NCBI GenBank assembly: GCA_963782115.1
Contig: CAWAIK010000001.1
Span: forward strand, 224,001 to 288,000
Direction of reading: 5' to 3'
DNA from: an uncultured Verrucomicrobiae bacterium
Lineage (GTDB): Bacteria > Verrucomicrobiota > Verrucomicrobiia > Chthoniobacterales > JAFAMB01
Length of the DNA: 64,000 bases
A program made the translations under genes and the position numbers. The notes beneath the pieces are model-generated. The model was not told where the DNA came from, ran no database searches, and saw only the letters and a list, made by a program, of their open reading frames with translations. The first letter of the stretch is position 1. The number at the start of each line of letters is the position of its first letter. This document shows positions 47,278 through 58,361 of the stretch, one piece after another.

Positions 47278-47778
47278 ATGAATTACCCATACAGCAGTTT
47301 AATATTGGAAGCCCAAAGGGCGAAGCAACGGTTAGCCCGGGTGTTGCAGGCGCGGCCGGAGCGGCGCGCTGGGAGCCTGTCTCTGCCGAACAGCGAGGGC
47401 GCCCCGGCTAGGAACGACCAACAAGGCGCAGCCAGTCGGCCAAGGGTGTCCCGGGAGATTTTGCGCCGACGCAATGGCCTTTGGGATGCCAGGAGAAATA
47501 CAGCGTTTCCGAGCCGGCTCTACTGGACGCGCGAGGACATGGGCACCCTAAGTTTTACATTGACGCTTCTGCTACTGGGTACCATCGCGGCAGCTCAAAC
47601 TGACCGCCCCGTGCTTTGGCTCTCGGTCGGGCCCGCACCGTTAGCCGTTGCCTTCGCAGCGGCAGCGTCTCTCCGAAAAAGATTCAATTTGTGTGCCTAT
47701 GTCCGTAGTCTTCGAAACCGGGCCAGGCAAGGCAGAGGGCGAACGGCACACACAGGAAGGTGTCATTGCCAGTGTTAG
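47278..47778 (+). CDS. Hypothetical membrane protein (doubtful)
   Basis: ORF with two hydrophobic segments; no recognisable motif. Confidence 0.3.
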   Translation: MNYPYSSLILEAQRAKQRLARVLQARPERRAGSLSLPNSEGAPARNDQQGAASRPRVSREILRRRNGLWDARRNTAFPSRLYWTREDMGTLSFTLTLLLLGTIAAAQTDRPVLWLSVGPAPLAVAFAAAASLRKRFNLCAYVRSLRNRARQGRGRTAHTGRCHCQC

Positions 47779-48075
47779 TAAAGGATAGCGATCTGCGTTG
47801 CTGACGATTCTTTCGTCTTCGCACGGACCAGGGCAGATTTCTTCGAGTAGCCAACCGGCGCTATTTCCGGCGCCAGAACGCGGATTTTGACTTCCGTAGG
47901 TTGGCGACGGTGGAAAACGTGATTCCTGGTTTTGACCTGCCTCCCGTTCTGGTTCTACCGTGAACACCGTGGTCTTCTCGCGAGCTCTTCTCTTTCTAAG
48001 AATCCGCGATATTGACCTCTCCTTCGTTTCCCGTATCTGTGGAGTCTGAGCAACCCGCTCAAGCTCTTATTTTGC

Positions 48076-48855
48076 ATGCACATTTCTCCCGGCGATACGG
48101 TGCTTTTGATTGTTGCAGGCTTATTCGCGGGCGTGATGAACGCAGTCGCCGGAGGCGGCACTTTCCTCACTTTTCCCGCCCTCGTCTTTATTGGTATTCC
48201 ATCGGTGGCGGCAAACCAGACTAGCACAATCGCCGTCTTTCCAGGTCAGATTGCCAGCTTTTGGGCGTACCGAAAGATCCTGGCGGCACAGACTCGCACG
48301 GTCATCGTTCTTGGCATGACCAGTCTTCTCGGAGGAGCGGTCGGCGCGATTATCCTTCTCAATACCTCCACCCCGGCATTTGATCGCCTGGTGCCGTGGC
48401 TCTTGCTCGGTGCGACATTGATGTTCGCTTTTGGAAATCAGCTCCGACGGCATCTCGGTTTGCGTCTGGTGAGCGCTTCGGGAGAAATCGGATCGGCTGC
48501 ATTGTGTAAGGCCGCCTTGCTACAGTTGGTTATCGGGGTTTACGGAGGATTCTACGGTGCTGGGGCAGGCATTCTGGAACTGGCAGTGCTGGATATGCTC
48601 GGGCTGGAAAACATCCATCTGGCCAACGCGCTTAAGGTCATTCTGACGACCGCTTTTAACGCGCTGGCCGTCGTCATCTTCCTGGCTGTTGGTAAAATTT
48701 ACTGGGCAGCCGCATTGATTGTCGGTCTGGCCACGATCGTCGGAGGCTACAGCGGCGCCTGGATAGCCCAGAGACTTCCGCAAGTTTGGGTGAGGGGGTT
48801 TGTGATTGTCGTGGGAGCGGTCATGACGGTCTATTTCTTTCTCAGAATCAAATAG
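48076..48855 (+). CDS. Sulfite exporter TauE/SafE family protein
   Basis: [28 protein letters not shown]. Confidence 0.88.
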   Translation: MHISPGDTVLLIVAGLFAGVMNAVAGGGTFLTFPALVFIGIPSVAANQTSTIAVFPGQIASFWAYRKILAAQTRTVIVLGMTSLLGGAVGAIILLNTSTPAFDRLVPWLLLGATLMFAFGNQLRRHLGLRLVSASGEIGSAALCKAALLQLVIGVYGGFYGAGAGILELAVLDMLGLENIHLANALKVILTTAFNALAVVIFLAVGKIYWAAALIVGLATIVGGYSGAWIAQRLPQVWVRGFVIVVGAVMTVYFFLRIK

Positions 48856-48862
48856 GTACGAC

Positions 48863-49627
48863 ATGCAACTCACTGACTTTAAGGTATTGACCTTCGATTG
48901 CTATGGCACATTGATTGACTGGGAGAGTGGAATTACCAACGCTCTGCGGCCCCTGCTTGCTCGATGTGGAAAGACGCTGAGCCGCGACGAAGTGCTCGCG
49001 ACGTTTGCTCGTCACGAGGCGGCGCAGGAATCCGAGACGCCATCGATGATTTATTCAGAGTTGTTAGGGGCCGTACATTCTCGTATGGCCAGCGAATGGG
49101 GAATCGAGCCAAGCTCCGAAGAAAGCAAGGCATTCGGTAGCTCCGTCCCCGATTGGCCTGCATTCGCCGATTCGTCGGCTGCACTTCAATACCTGAAGAA
49201 CCACTATAAGCTAGCAATCCTTTCAAATGTGGACCGGGAAAGCTTTAAAAGGAGTAATACGCGACTGCAGGTCAAGTTCGACTACGTCTTCACAGCTCAG
49301 GACATCGGTTCATATGAACCGAATCTGTACAACTTTGAATACATGATCGAGAAACTTAGAGAGGCCGGGTACCGACAAGATGAGATCCTGCACACGGCGG
49401 AAAGTCTCTTTCATGATCACCTCCCGGCGAACCAGGCCGGACTAGCCTCTGCCTGGATTTACCGCCGCCATGCTCAGGAAGGCTTTGGCGCTACCCATCC
49501 GCCGGCAGAGATGCCGAGATGCGACTTTCAGTTTAAGAACATGGAAGAGATGGTTAAAGCGCACCAAGAAACATTGCAGGGTCCTGGCTCGCGATCGGTA
49601 ACGAAGATGACCAAATACAAAAGGTGA
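48863..49627 (+). CDS. Haloacid dehalogenase type II-like HAD hydrolase
   Basis: [23 protein letters not shown] (usually YKP), SLFHDH. Confidence 0.88.
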   Translation: MQLTDFKVLTFDCYGTLIDWESGITNALRPLLARCGKTLSRDEVLATFARHEAAQESETPSMIYSELLGAVHSRMASEWGIEPSSEESKAFGSSVPDWPAFADSSAALQYLKNHYKLAILSNVDRESFKRSNTRLQVKFDYVFTAQDIGSYEPNLYNFEYMIEKLREAGYRQDEILHTAESLFHDHLPANQAGLASAWIYRRHAQEGFGATHPPAEMPRCDFQFKNMEEMVKAHQETLQGPGSRSVTKMTKYKR

Positions 49628-49646
49628 TCTCTTGGCGGACCTTCCA

Positions 49647-50876
49647 ATGCCGAATGACGCTAGTCCGCATGTTGACACGCCGGCACGCCGGCGGCCTTGC
49701 CATGTTGCCGCTTTAGCTCTCGGTCTGCTGCTGGAAGCTTGCGTCTCTTACCCGCAGATTCCGATCAAGGGTTACCTGGCAAATAAGCCGATCGCGACAG
49801 CCGTCGATTCTCCTCTGGCCAGATACTATCTGGAAACTTCATCGAACCATCCCGCCGCCAGTACGAAGCTTGATAAACAGGTTGCCGAAATCAATCGGCG
49901 CTTTGCAGGATCTCCACTTGACTCGGCGACCTTAAGGAGAATCTCACAGCAGACCTCACCAGATTTTGCGACCATCTATTTCGTTAATCGCATTTTGGCT
50001 GACGCCGCTAATAAAGCGTTTCAAGCCCGATACTTAGGCGAGCTGAGAAGAATTGATTCTCTCGTTCAACAAGCGAGGTGGACTAGCATTGCCCGAACTC
50101 ACCTCCGGGAATATAAATTTCTGTTTATCCCAGGGTTTCATTACCTTACCGATAAGAATTCAGGCGCCGATTTTGCCAACCAGAGACAGCTCATGCGCCA
50201 ACTCGGTGTCGATGCTCAGTTAGTTGGCACGGAAGAGGACGGCACCATAGAAGAAAACGCGGAAATCATTGCGCGGGTCATTCGCGCCAAAAGCGGATCT
50301 CAAGCGAAACTGGTTCTGGTAAGTACCAGCAAGGGCGGTCCGGAAACTGCCCTTGCTTTGGGAAGAATATTGCTGCCTGTCGAGACGAATTCGGTAAAGG
50401 CGTGGTTAAGTGTTGGAGGACTGATTCGAGGAACGCCGCTGGCCGACCGGGTAGTGAGCTGGCCGGCATCCTGGATTGCCCGAATTTTATTTTCGCTTCA
50501 ACAGACCGATTTTCGAAGCGTGCCCGGGCTGACGACCGCGGCAAGCCGCGCAAGGATGAACGGCATCAGATTGCCGGACCCCATTTTAATCGTACAATTT
50601 GTTGGCACTCCTCTTTCCGGCGACATCGCGGAGGACGTTAGGAGCCGGTACTCGTACCTGCGCAAGTTTGGTCCTAACGACGGGTTAACTCTTCTAGCGG
50701 ACGAATTGATGCCTGGCGGGATCACCCTCATCGAGCCGGGGGTCGACCATTTTTACCGCGATCCAGAGATTAATCTGAAGTCACTGGCGATCGCTAATCT
50801 CGTTGCCGATGACCTGAATTATAGTGCAGCACGTCCGGCCCGCGTCGCAATGTACCGGACCAACGGGTGCAGGTGA
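49647..50876 (+). CDS. Putative alpha/beta-hydrolase-fold lipoprotein
   Basis: LLLEAC lipobox, FIPG, STSKGG nucleophile elbow, RGTPLAD, NDG...DH. Start uncertain. Confidence 0.6.
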   Translation: MPNDASPHVDTPARRRPCHVAALALGLLLEACVSYPQIPIKGYLANKPIATAVDSPLARYYLETSSNHPAASTKLDKQVAEINRRFAGSPLDSATLRRISQQTSPDFATIYFVNRILADAANKAFQARYLGELRRIDSLVQQARWTSIARTHLREYKFLFIPGFHYLTDKNSGADFANQRQLMRQLGVDAQLVGTEEDGTIEENAEIIARVIRAKSGSQAKLVLVSTSKGGPETALALGRILLPVETNSVKAWLSVGGLIRGTPLADRVVSWPASWIARILFSLQQTDFRSVPGLTTAASRARMNGIRLPDPILIVQFVGTPLSGDIAEDVRSRYSYLRKFGPNDGLTLLADELMPGGITLIEPGVDHFYRDPEINLKSLAIANLVADDLNYSAARPARVAMYRTNGCR

Positions 50877-51153
50877 AACTGACAACTCCGCGAAGCTCTC
50901 TTGATTGAGATAATGTGTGATAAATTTTTTTCCTCGTTGACTGCTGTCGGGATTCGCGTAACCGTTTGATGTTATGCGCCAGGGCTTCCAGCTTAGTAGC
51001 CTCGAATTTCTCCTCCTCGGGAGTGGCGCCCCAATTTGCCACCTCTCTCTCAGCATCTAAATCTTTCTGGTTGGAATCGTCTGCGGTGGCGACAGCTCTG
51101 ACCTGAACCATGCGGCCACCGCGTTTTGACAATTCCTTGGACAATCCCGTGTT

Positions 51154-52869
51154 ATGCAATCTGAGCCCTTTACAAAATATCGTCCTCTTCAACCAGTCTT
51201 TCTACCTGATCGGCAATGGCCGAACCGAGTAATCGAGCGAGCCCCAACATGGTGCAGCGTCGACCTGCGGGACGGCAATCAGGCCTTGGCCCAACCGATG
51301 GATGTGGATGAAAAACTCGGCTTCTTCGACATGCTGGCAAAGATCGGTTTTAAGGAGATCGAAGTCGGATTCCCTTCCGCTTCTCAGATCGAGTTCGACT
51401 TCTGCCGCCGCCTAATCGATGAAGCGCGTATTCCGCCGGACGTCACCATCCAGATCCTCTGCCAATGCCGGCAGGAACTGGTCGAACGCAGCTGCGAAGC
51501 GGTCAAGGGTGCTCGCAACGTTCTTTTCCATCTCTACAATTCCACGTCACCGGCTCAACGCCGATACGTCTTCGAGACTGGGCGCGCAGAGATTATCAAG
51601 ATTGCCACCCGCGGAACAGAGTGGGTTAAGGAATACACTCAGCCTTTGACAGCCACCGGTACCAATGTCCGTTTTCAGTATTCTCCGGAGAGTTTCACCA
51701 GTACGGAACTCTTTTTCGCTTTGGAGATCTGTGAGGCGGTTACCGACGCCTGGCAACCAACGGTCGAGGATAAGATCATTCTGAATCTCCCGGCGACCGT
51801 GGAATACACAACTCCAAATGTGCATGCGGATCAGATCGAATGGATGTGCCGACATCTGACCCGGCGAGATCGTACCGTGGTCTCGCTCCACACTCACAAC
51901 GATCGCGGGACCGGGATCGCGGCGACCGAACTCGGGCTTTTGGCCGGCGCCGAGAGGGTCGAAGGAACGCTCTTTGGAAATGGCGAGCGTACCGGGAATG
52001 TCGATATCGTGACCGTGGCGTTGAACATGTACACTCATGGCGTTCATCCCGGCCTCGATTTCAGCGATATCAATCGTATCCGCGATGTCTTTGAACTTTG
52101 CACCCATATGGAGGTGTCACCTCGCCAACCTTATGCCGGAGAACTGGTTTTCACCGCGTTCAGCGGTTCCCATCAAGACGCGATCAAGAAGTCATGGGCA
52201 GCCCAAAAACCCGGCGCCCCGTGGGATGTTCTCTATATCCCGATCGATCCGGGCGACCTCGGCCGGAGTTACAAGGCAATTATCCGAATCAACTCGCAGT
52301 CAGGGAAAGGCGGTGTCGCCTATGTCTTGGAACACGAATTCGGTTATCAACTGCCCAAACTGATGCATAAGGAGATTGGCAGGATTATCAACGATCTCGC
52401 CGATTCCAAAAAGACTGAGCTCACGCCGGAGGAAGTCCATGAGGCGTTTCGAGGAGAATACATCGATCGAAACGAACCCGTTGCGTTGATCGATCTGCAG
52501 ACCATCGAGAGAACACAACAAGTGACCTGCCAAGCGCATCTCCTCGTGCATGGAGTCGAGCGGATCACACTCGGCAAAGGCAACGGACCGATCGACGCGT
52601 TCGTCCATGCGCTCCATGAGTCGGGTTTGCCCCCATTCGAGTTATTGAACTACTCCGAACACTCTTTGGACATGGGAGCGCAGGCGCGCGCGGTAAGTTA
52701 CATCCAGATACAGACCTCCCGGAGGCACACCTACTTCGGGGCCGGAATTGATACGAATATCGAGCTCGCCTCAATCAAAGCGGTCCTAAGTGCGGTAAAC
52801 CGGTCGCTACAATCCGGCCTCCGGTTGCAACAGCCTCCGACCAGCGTTGGTCAGGGGTCCGATCTTTAA
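51154..52869 (+). CDS. leuA: 2-isopropylmalate synthase (yeast-type LeuA)
   Basis: DLRDGNQAL, EVGFPSAS, HTHNDRG, GNGERTGN, SQSGKGG, GNGPIDA regulatory domain. Confidence 0.95.
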   Translation: MQSEPFTKYRPLQPVFLPDRQWPNRVIERAPTWCSVDLRDGNQALAQPMDVDEKLGFFDMLAKIGFKEIEVGFPSASQIEFDFCRRLIDEARIPPDVTIQILCQCRQELVERSCEAVKGARNVLFHLYNSTSPAQRRYVFETGRAEIIKIATRGTEWVKEYTQPLTATGTNVRFQYSPESFTSTELFFALEICEAVTDAWQPTVEDKIILNLPATVEYTTPNVHADQIEWMCRHLTRRDRTVVSLHTHNDRGTGIAATELGLLAGAERVEGTLFGNGERTGNVDIVTVALNMYTHGVHPGLDFSDINRIRDVFELCTHMEVSPRQPYAGELVFTAFSGSHQDAIKKSWAAQKPGAPWDVLYIPIDPGDLGRSYKAIIRINSQSGKGGVAYVLEHEFGYQLPKLMHKEIGRIINDLADSKKTELTPEEVHEAFRGEYIDRNEPVALIDLQTIERTQQVTCQAHLLVHGVERITLGKGNGPIDAFVHALHESGLPPFELLNYSEHSLDMGAQARAVSYIQIQTSRRHTYFGAGIDTNIELASIKAVLSAVNRSLQSGLRLQQPPTSVGQGSDL

Positions 52870-52955
52870 CATCTGATCTGCCCCTCATTTGTTCTTTGGA
52901 CTATCCGCGATATTTGACCTGTCCCCAACTTTCGGCTTCGTTAAGTGACCATTGC

Positions 52956-53270
52956 ATGTGCAGAAATATCAAACCTCTCTTCAACTTCGATCCACCAGTC
53001 ACGGACGAAGAGATTCGAGCTGCTTCGATTCAGTTCGTGAGAAAAATCAGCGGTTTCAGCAAACCGTCGAAGGCAAACGAAGCCTCGTTCCTGTCTGCAG
53101 TCGATGAAATCGCCGGTATCTCGGCTAGTTTCCTCCGTTCGCTCGAAACCAATGCCCCACCGAAGAATCGGGAAGAAGAGGCCGCGAAATCAAAAGCTCG
53201 TGTCGCTGTTCACGATAAGGGACGCAGATTTCAGGGTCGCCAATCGGGAAATCTCTCGAGTCGCCAGTGA
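52956..53270 (+). CDS. DUF2277 family protein
   Basis: MCRNIKPLFNFDPP...QFVRKISG...PPKNREEE. Confidence 0.8.
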   Translation: MCRNIKPLFNFDPPVTDEEIRAASIQFVRKISGFSKPSKANEASFLSAVDEIAGISASFLRSLETNAPPKNREEEAAKSKARVAVHDKGRRFQGRQSGNLSSRQ

Positions 53271-53353
53271 TGAGGAGGCAGTCTCGAAGCCTTGCTGTGG
53301 CCCAAACAATGGCGTCAGGAATCCGGAGTGCGAGCGGTTTCAGAAACGCCTGG

Positions 53354-53830
53354 TTATCCTGCGTTATCTTGGCTCTCTCCGGTGTGCGAGCCTTCCTCTT
53401 GGATCTTTCGAAGCGCCTCGGTCATATCTTCGATCTCATCCCAAACTTCAAGGCTTACGTAGATTGGGGCGCGCTGAGCGGTCGCCATTGCGATACAATC
53501 GCTGGGCCGCGCATCGATCTCGATGATTTTCTTCTGTTTCAGTTCGTTCTCCACGCTAAGCACCAGCCTTGCATAGCAGGTGCCGCGCTTGAGATCGTTA
53601 ACGATGGCCCTTTCGATCTTCGCTCCCAGCGCTCGCAAGATGTTCGCTAGCAGATCATGGGTGAGCGGCCGTTCCTTTTGGGTGCCTCGTATGAACATTG
53701 CGATCGCCGCCCCAACACTTTGATCGACGGAGATCACGAAAGCCTTTTCCTGGTTGCCAAGAAAAACGGCGAAGCCGTCGACGGTCGCGGCTACGGCACG
53801 GATCTGCACTTCGACAACGGGCTTACTCAT
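53354..53830 (-). CDS. Bifunctional nuclease family protein (DUF151)
   Basis: RPLTHDL, IDARPSDCIA. Confidence 0.88.
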   Translation of the reverse strand: MSKPVVEVQIRAVAATVDGFAVFLGNQEKAFVISVDQSVGAAIAMFIRGTQKERPLTHDLLANILRALGAKIERAIVNDLKRGTCYARLVLSVENELKQKKIIEIDARPSDCIAMATAQRAPIYVSLEVWDEIEDMTEALRKIQEEGSHTGESQDNAG

Positions 53831-54159
53831 TGTGCAAGTCTAGCTATTCGCCTTGACGCCAAGATCCGGGTTGCTGCCCGGATTGCCGACGACCCTGGAG
53901 ATCAGTTCGGGCGTGCCCGACCAACCGGATGTATCGCCGGATCTATCATCGCGTGCAGTTCGACATGGAACCTTCGATTATAGGGATCAGGAAACATCAG
54001 GGTGTCGCCTGAGGATAGGCTAATCCCACGCCCGGCGAAGACCCCTAAGACCTTGCCGTTTCTCAGCTTGATTCAAACTCTTGCCTAAGGCTTTTGCCGA
54101 GTCGTCTATCATAGTCACCACCGATTTTCATTCAGAGGCGTTTCTTTATGATTTAACTC

Positions 54160-54756
54160 GTGATAACTCAACAAGAGACGGATGAAATGCCGAGAACGTC
54201 GGATGATCAGTTGATGGCGGCTGTTGTCAATCGCGAGCAGGCAGCGCTTGAAAGCATCTACAAACGATATGAATCGCTCCTCCGCACCGTAATATTAAAC
54301 GTCATCCGCGACGAGTCGGAAGTGGATGACGTTCTTCATGACGTCCTTTTGCAGGTCTGGGACCAGGGGCATCGTTACAATCCGAACGAAAAGGGATTGC
54401 GCGGGCTTTTGGTTACATTGGCACGGAGACGAGCCTTCGATCGATTGCGCCGGAGAGCCGCTTATCGCCGCGCTACCGAAAGCCTGAAAACGGACACCGA
54501 AAATCCTTTGACCTTTGAGACCGTGACCAATTCGCATCAAGTCGAAGTCCACGATCTCTCAGAGCTTCTCAAACGTGCGATTCAAGAACTACCCGAAGCT
54601 CAAAAAGAGGTAATTGATCTGGCTTTCTTTAAAGGCATGAGTCAGCGCGAAATCGCTTCGAAAAGACAAATATCGTTGGGAACGGTGAAAACTCGGCTTC
54701 ATTTGGCTCAGCGAAAATTGCACAATTACTTGTTACCCATGCAGAACAAGATCTAA
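54160..54756 (+). CDS. ECF RNA polymerase sigma-70 factor
   Basis: Region 2 (DDVLHDVLLQVW, LARRRAFDRLR) and region 4 (LPEAQKEVI...SQREIA...LGTVKTRL). Confidence 0.9.
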   Translation: MITQQETDEMPRTSDDQLMAAVVNREQAALESIYKRYESLLRTVILNVIRDESEVDDVLHDVLLQVWDQGHRYNPNEKGLRGLLVTLARRRAFDRLRRRAAYRRATESLKTDTENPLTFETVTNSHQVEVHDLSELLKRAIQELPEAQKEVIDLAFFKGMSQREIASKRQISLGTVKTRLHLAQRKLHNYLLPMQNKI

Positions 54757-54918
54757 AGCAGGGACACTTCACTAGGAAGTAACATGCTCACGTGCGTGCG
54801 ATGAGATTTCCCACACAGGCGAAAAGAACCCGATTTAGTGGCGGAAGGCCGCAGTCAAGACTCGCGTGGACCGGTAGCTATTGGCTACAAACGCGGGTGT
54901 GTGCGATGGTATCGTTGA

Positions 54919-56784
54919 GTGACAAAATTCCTGCAGAATGAAGGCGCTTTTCAGGATCCAGTGAACCATCTCGGCTCCGAAAAGCCGGTCCAGGTCCGGA
55001 AACTAGTCGAGTTAGCCTACCTCGTTGTTATTCTCTCGGCTTTAGCATGGGCAAAAGAATTTTTGCTTCCGTTGATTCTTGCGATTCTGATCAGCTTTTT
55101 GCTATCGCCTGTTGTATCTCGCCTGGAACGGTGGAGATTCCCGCGTGTCTTAGCCATTCTTGGGGTCGTAGGCATCTCTTTCGCCCTTATTGCAGGGCTC
55201 TGCTCGACGCTTTCACTCCAAGGTCTGGATTTAATAAACTCTCTGCCCAAGTACCAGGACAATATCCATGCCAGGTGGGTGGCCATTCAACAGGGACCGC
55301 CCGGTCCGCTGAGTTTGGCCTTTAGCAACGTTGGGTCGGTGATTGCCGATCTAGGCAAAGTCTCGGCATCCGCTGGAGTCGCCCAAAAGACAGAGGCAAC
55401 TAAGGTCCAAATTGTTAGCGGCGCTGATAGCATAGTTACAATGGTGAAGAATAGTCTGACGCCGGTGATGGGTCCGATCGCGGAATTTGCCGTGGTCGTG
55501 GTGCTCGTGATATTTATGCTTCTCGAGCGAAACCGACTCCGCGTTCGATTTCTGCGACTGATTGGACACTCCCGCATCGCGACAACCACCTTGGCTATTG
55601 ATGAAGCCGGCGCCCGACTGAGCGGTTTTCTCTTGGGTCAGTTGCTGGTAAACACCGGGTTTGCCCTGCTGCTTGGGCTTGGCCTTTTTCTCATCGGTAT
55701 CCCAAACGCGTTGCTCTGGGCGGTTCTGACCCTTGTTTTGCGTTTTTTGCCTTACGTAGGTCTCTGGATATCGGCCTTTTTTCCGTTGGCTCTATCAATC
55801 GCCATCTCGACAAGCTGGAACGAGCCAATATTGACTCTGGCTCTTTATGGATTTCTGGAAGTGTTAACGAACAATGTCGTGGAACCTTTTGTCTTGGGCG
55901 GTAGCACCGGAATGTCACCACTGGCCGTTATCGTATCCGCCCTGTTCTGGACTTGGCTTTGGGGGCCCATCGGTCTGTTGCTCGCGACTCCGCTCACCGC
56001 TTGCCTGGTCGTGTTGGGCCGCTATTTTCCGGCGTTCCATATTTGCAGTGTTTTGCTTGCCGCTGAGCCGCCCACTTCAGTGGAAACAAAATTCATTCGC
56101 CTCCTTACGGAAAGTCGTCTGCCAGAGGCCAGGGCGCTGCTACAGGAATTGGGAGGGATGCAACTTTCAGTGCGGATTGCCGAAGAATTAATTTTGCCAA
56201 CCCTTCGAGCGATCGAAAACGACCTTTATCGCGGTCCCGCTAGTCCAACAAAAACTCGGATTTATGAGCAACTGCGCGAGCTGATCGAAGAAATGAATGT
56301 CGAGATCCCAACGGAATCTGAGCAACCTCCAGAACAGTCCACACCTGGACAGCCAGGAATTGCGATCGTGCCTTTCATGGGAGAAGGCGATGAGATTGTG
56401 GGAGGCGTCATCGGGCGCTTACTAGCGGCCGAAGGGATTAGCACGGCTTTGCTATCCTGGCGAACTCTTCGTGCGGAGAAAATGGAACGCCTGAAAGAAT
56501 TGAAACCCCCTTGGATTCTGCTCTCCGCAATGGAAGCAAGATCGGTGACCACGGTGGGAAAAATGGCGCATTCCATCAAAAGTGAGCTACCCGATGCTCT
56601 GATTCTAGTGGGCCTTTGGAGTCTGCCAACTGAAGGCGCCGCACGCTGGGTAAAAAGGATAAAGGAATCTTCCGGAAGCGCTATCTACACCAATATCGAC
56701 CAGGCAGTTCGAGGGATTGCTTCCCTGGTTCCCCAAGTGGGCGATGAGCTTCAGGTGCGCGCAGAAAAACAGGAGAGCGAGTGA
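54919..56784 (+). CDS. AI-2E family transporter with a C-terminal cytoplasmic extension
   Basis: LRFLPYVG, NVVEP, WTWLWGPIGLLLATPLT, followed by a ~240-aa soluble tail. Confidence 0.85.
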   Translation: MTKFLQNEGAFQDPVNHLGSEKPVQVRKLVELAYLVVILSALAWAKEFLLPLILAILISFLLSPVVSRLERWRFPRVLAILGVVGISFALIAGLCSTLSLQGLDLINSLPKYQDNIHARWVAIQQGPPGPLSLAFSNVGSVIADLGKVSASAGVAQKTEATKVQIVSGADSIVTMVKNSLTPVMGPIAEFAVVVVLVIFMLLERNRLRVRFLRLIGHSRIATTTLAIDEAGARLSGFLLGQLLVNTGFALLLGLGLFLIGIPNALLWAVLTLVLRFLPYVGLWISAFFPLALSIAISTSWNEPILTLALYGFLEVLTNNVVEPFVLGGSTGMSPLAVIVSALFWTWLWGPIGLLLATPLTACLVVLGRYFPAFHICSVLLAAEPPTSVETKFIRLLTESRLPEARALLQELGGMQLSVRIAEELILPTLRAIENDLYRGPASPTKTRIYEQLRELIEEMNVEIPTESEQPPEQSTPGQPGIAIVPFMGEGDEIVGGVIGRLLAAEGISTALLSWRTLRAEKMERLKELKPPWILLSAMEARSVTTVGKMAHSIKSELPDALILVGLWSLPTEGAARWVKRIKESSGSAIYTNIDQAVRGIASLVPQVGDELQVRAEKQESE

Positions 56785-56852
56785 CGTCCGACGGAGTGTT
56801 ATAGAGCGAATCGCTCTCCGTCAGGGCTCCTGTTTCTTAGATGAGAATGGTT

Positions 56853-57953
56853 CTATGGCTGCCCCAGAAATGAGCCTACTCGTCTGAGTGGCGCAATACG
56901 GTCGCAAAATATCTTGAAGGTGGCCAGTAGGGGAACAGCCAGGAGAGTGCCGGCTACCCCCCAGAGGTAGGACCAAAGAAGAAAACTCAGCAGGATGGCG
57001 ACCGGATTCAGGGTTAGCCAACGCCCAAGAAACAGCGGCGTCGCCAGGTTGCCCTCGATCATCGCGCAAAAGACGTAGGCCAGAGGTGGCAAAAGGGCGT
57101 ACCAAGCCGAATTGAAATGAATCATTGAAACGAGCGCCATTGCCACGATACCACCCGTTGCTCCCACAAACGGAATGTAATGGAGCAAAAATGCCGCCAC
57201 ACCCCAAAGCAACGGATGGGGTAGCCCAAGCAATCCAACGACGATCCAAAGACTCACTCCCACACAGGCATTGATCAGCGTCACCGAAGTAAAATAACGC
57301 GCGGCGGTTTGTTCGATCTCGGCCGCGATTTCGACGACGTTCTGTTTCTCTGAGACGCCCGGGATCATATCCACCAGCTTTTTGAGAAGCCGGGCTCCGT
57401 ACAGCAGAAGGAAGAAAGCAAGCACGTGAACAACGATCAGAACCGCAAAAAATTTCGGTGCATTCTTGAGAGCAATTTCCAAAAAGCTCGGCCCGCGGAT
57501 GCTTACCCGAGCGATGTCGCCCGGATTCAACCAGGTGCTTAGGCGGTCTATCGATGGTGAACTTTTCTGAACGCCTTGAAGGATGGGAGTCAAACGTTCC
57601 TGAATGTGGTCCAGGTAGAGGGGTAAATCAGGCTCAAACCTCGCTAGTGATACACACAGTGCGGCAAAAAGGCAGATCAAGACGGTGAAAAAACCGAGTG
57701 TGCCGACGAGGGGTGCCCAAAAGTATGACAGACCGATTTTCTTTAGCCATCTGGTGATAGGCGTTAGCAGGAATCCGAGAAAACCTGCAAGCACGATCGG
57801 AAGAAAAAGGTCAACAGCTACCTTTAGGACGTAGAAACAGGCAAAGACAAACAATCCGATCACCGCAATTGCGAACCAGAGATGGACTAAGTTTCCGACA
57901 TCTTCCGCGGTTGAATCATCTGAACTGTGGTTAGGTTGGAGGGGATGGTTCAT
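56853..57953 (-). CDS. AI-2E family transporter
   Basis: YIPFVG, IEGNLATP, LNPVAI, WGVAGTLLAVPL. Confidence 0.87.
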   Translation of the reverse strand: MNHPLQPNHSSDDSTAEDVGNLVHLWFAIAVIGLFVFACFYVLKVAVDLFLPIVLAGFLGFLLTPITRWLKKIGLSYFWAPLVGTLGFFTVLICLFAALCVSLARFEPDLPLYLDHIQERLTPILQGVQKSSPSIDRLSTWLNPGDIARVSIRGPSFLEIALKNAPKFFAVLIVVHVLAFFLLLYGARLLKKLVDMIPGVSEKQNVVEIAAEIEQTAARYFTSVTLINACVGVSLWIVVGLLGLPHPLLWGVAAFLLHYIPFVGATGGIVAMALVSMIHFNSAWYALLPPLAYVFCAMIEGNLATPLFLGRWLTLNPVAILLSFLLWSYLWGVAGTLLAVPLLATFKIFCDRIAPLRRVGSFLGQP

Positions 57954-58361
57954 GATCCTTCGCTACCTAGGCGAATTGTGTCGCGCATATCGTTGAACCA
58001 GAAAGCGGCCGTACCGATCTACCTCCGCGAACTGGTTCCACGTATCTGTTGCAGAGCAGGCAACCTGAGGTAGCGTCATGTTCATGGCGCTTATATTTCA
58101 GGTAGACGACGAAAGCCATGTATCCCCCAAGATACGCTCCGATAATTGCGGTGCAATCATCGAGAGTCTATCAGTTACCAGCTTCGCCGCCACGTATTGG
58201 ATTTGTTTCTCCGCCGGTTCCGGCGTGACTTCATGTGAAAGGCCAGGAAAGACGGATTGCAATAATGCGTTCGTGCTCTCGGTGGAAGACTGAGTCGATA
58301 TACTGGCGCCAGGAGAAGTTGGATTTCTTGCCAAGCTCTAAAAGATGAGCGTAGTAAACCC

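Noticed and set aside
46921..48075. Structural RNA (tmRNA, RNase P, SRP, 6S) in the poorly coding region after dnaA
   Set aside because: No hallmark motifs recognised; an Infernal/Rfam scan would be needed to exclude it.
54757..54918. c-di-GMP riboswitch
   Set aside because: It has stems but lacks the GEMM consensus (GGCAAAC...GAAA...GACGCAAAG).
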